Shown piece by piece: positions 62,757 through 64,000 of a stretch of DNA of 64,000 bases (position 1 is its first letter; the number at the start of each line of letters is the position of its first letter). A program made the position numbers and the translations under genes. The notes below the pieces were generated by a model. It did not search any database. It worked only from the letters and a program-made list of their open reading frames with translations, and was not told the DNA's origin. This DNA is from Takakia lepidozioides (Eukaryota; Plantae; Bryophyta). The stretch covers positions 4,960,001 to 5,024,000 of the forward strand of contig CM060734.1 in NCBI GenBank assembly GCA_030704615.1. The letters run 5' to 3'.

Positions 62757-63266
62757 TTTTAAAAAAAAATTAAAAAATTAAAAATTAAAAATTAAAATAA
62801 TTTATGGATCGACTTTTCCAAAAATTGACGGATACAATTTCATTAAACAGCAAAAAAAAAGAAATTCTTCCCCACAATAATCGACTATAGTAAGTTCCAG
62901 CATAGGTGCTCTGTCCCCTGTATATTACAAAATTAAAATTGAGTTATTTATATAATTATGATGTTGGTATATTAATTCCTGATCATTTGAAATGGTCCAC
63001 CTTCCAGCAGCTTTGGTCGACCCAATGAACATTTCCTTTGTAAACTGTCTGGAGAGCCCCGTTCCACAGATTCCACGAATATGATGGTGGAATATCACAT
63101 CCTAGTTATTGTCGGGCGTATCTTTTTAAGACTGTGGCACTAGTTGGGGTTTTTGTGCCCTGCCTGTGCATAACCGATTTTTAGAGCAGACTCGCTGATG
63201 TGGCGTGTTTCTACTGGATTTGAGGAGGGGTTCTATATGTGGTATTACAACCTACTAGATTTTAAT

Positions 63267-63660
63267 TACCTACGCGGCTCGGCAGGTCCTGGCTCCTGCT
63301 ATATCCGGTTGTGGTAGGTAAGTACAAGGGTAAACTGACTAGCTCGCTGCCCTAAAAACCGGTTATGTCCGGTAGCGCTCGAGAGGAGCTCCCTGCTATC
63401 GGATATAGCAGATCGCCATGACACCTCGCCGCTAACGCGGCTCAGTAGGTCCTGGCTCCCTGCTATATCCGGTAGCAGGGGCTCCTCTCAAATGCTACCT
63501 AGTCCATACCTTAGGGCGTTACCACACGAGCGGCAGTGAGCTCGAGTGACATGGAAGTCCTTGGCTAGGATTGTAGCACCTGTATGTTATGGAGACTAGG
63601 CCCATGTCAACAAAAACAAACCAACGCTACCACATGAGCGGCAGTCGGGCACGGGAACAG
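63267..63660. repeat. Short dispersed direct repeats, probably within an unclassified TE or LTR
   Basis: ACGCGGCTCRGYAGGTCCTGGCTCC(C)TGCTATATCCGGT at ~63271 and ~63435; TACCACAYGAGCGGCAGT at ~63520 and ~63628. Confidence 0.55.
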
Positions 63661-64000
63661 ATCATTGAGAAGCAAAAATGAATTAACCAGATGAGGGCCA
63701 CGGCGAGAAAGAGCAGATCGCGACAAAGCACTTCCCTAACATTTCGGATTTCCAGGCAATAGTCCCTGGAAATCCTACTTTCACGGAGAGGCTCCACATA
63801 AGCACCACGTCATATGGCCTTCTCGTTGCTGTTCCTCCAGTGTGGTAGCTGAGGGCCGTATCAGTTTACGAGCCATCAACCAATCAGCAGGCCTTCAGCA
63901 GGTTGCGGGGACTTCCACTGCCTCGTGTGGTAAGGCCCTTAGGTGATCTAGGGTTCAAAGTGTCCACCTTCGAAGCTTCGAACGGCCGGCCTTTGGGGCA

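Overview
This is eukaryotic nuclear DNA from a land plant, most likely a bryophyte or other non-seed plant (inferred from the gene and TE repertoire). Four intact host genes lie among nested, decayed transposons: a PSYR-like LRR-XI receptor kinase (10508-15379, 2 exons), an intronless RPK2/TOAD2 receptor kinase (26031-29504), an intron-containing small heat-shock protein (43962-42964) and an 8-exon choline-phosphate cytidylyltransferase (49380-45047). There is also a BTB fragment. Mobile DNA includes a full-length Ty3/gypsy chromovirus with a 5-bp TSD and a truncated inverted sister copy, L1-clade LINEs, three pieces of a Dualen/RandI-like RLE LINE, Copia, MULE, CRE and CACTA remnants, two stacked Tourist MITEs and a modular ~0.8-kb satellite. 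The most notable observations are: (i) a compact structured RNA (GNRA and cUUCGg hairpins plus a sarcin-ricin-like AGUA/GAA loop) at the 3' end of the Dualen-like LINE; (ii) three separate inversions that cut TEs, two of which have microhomology breakpoints resolvable to the base and restore reading frames when flipped back; (iii) templated fold-back duplications; (iv) a disabled intronless coiled-coil/RING-H2 gene in a TE-like context. Family assignments come from motif recognition by eye; no searches were run.
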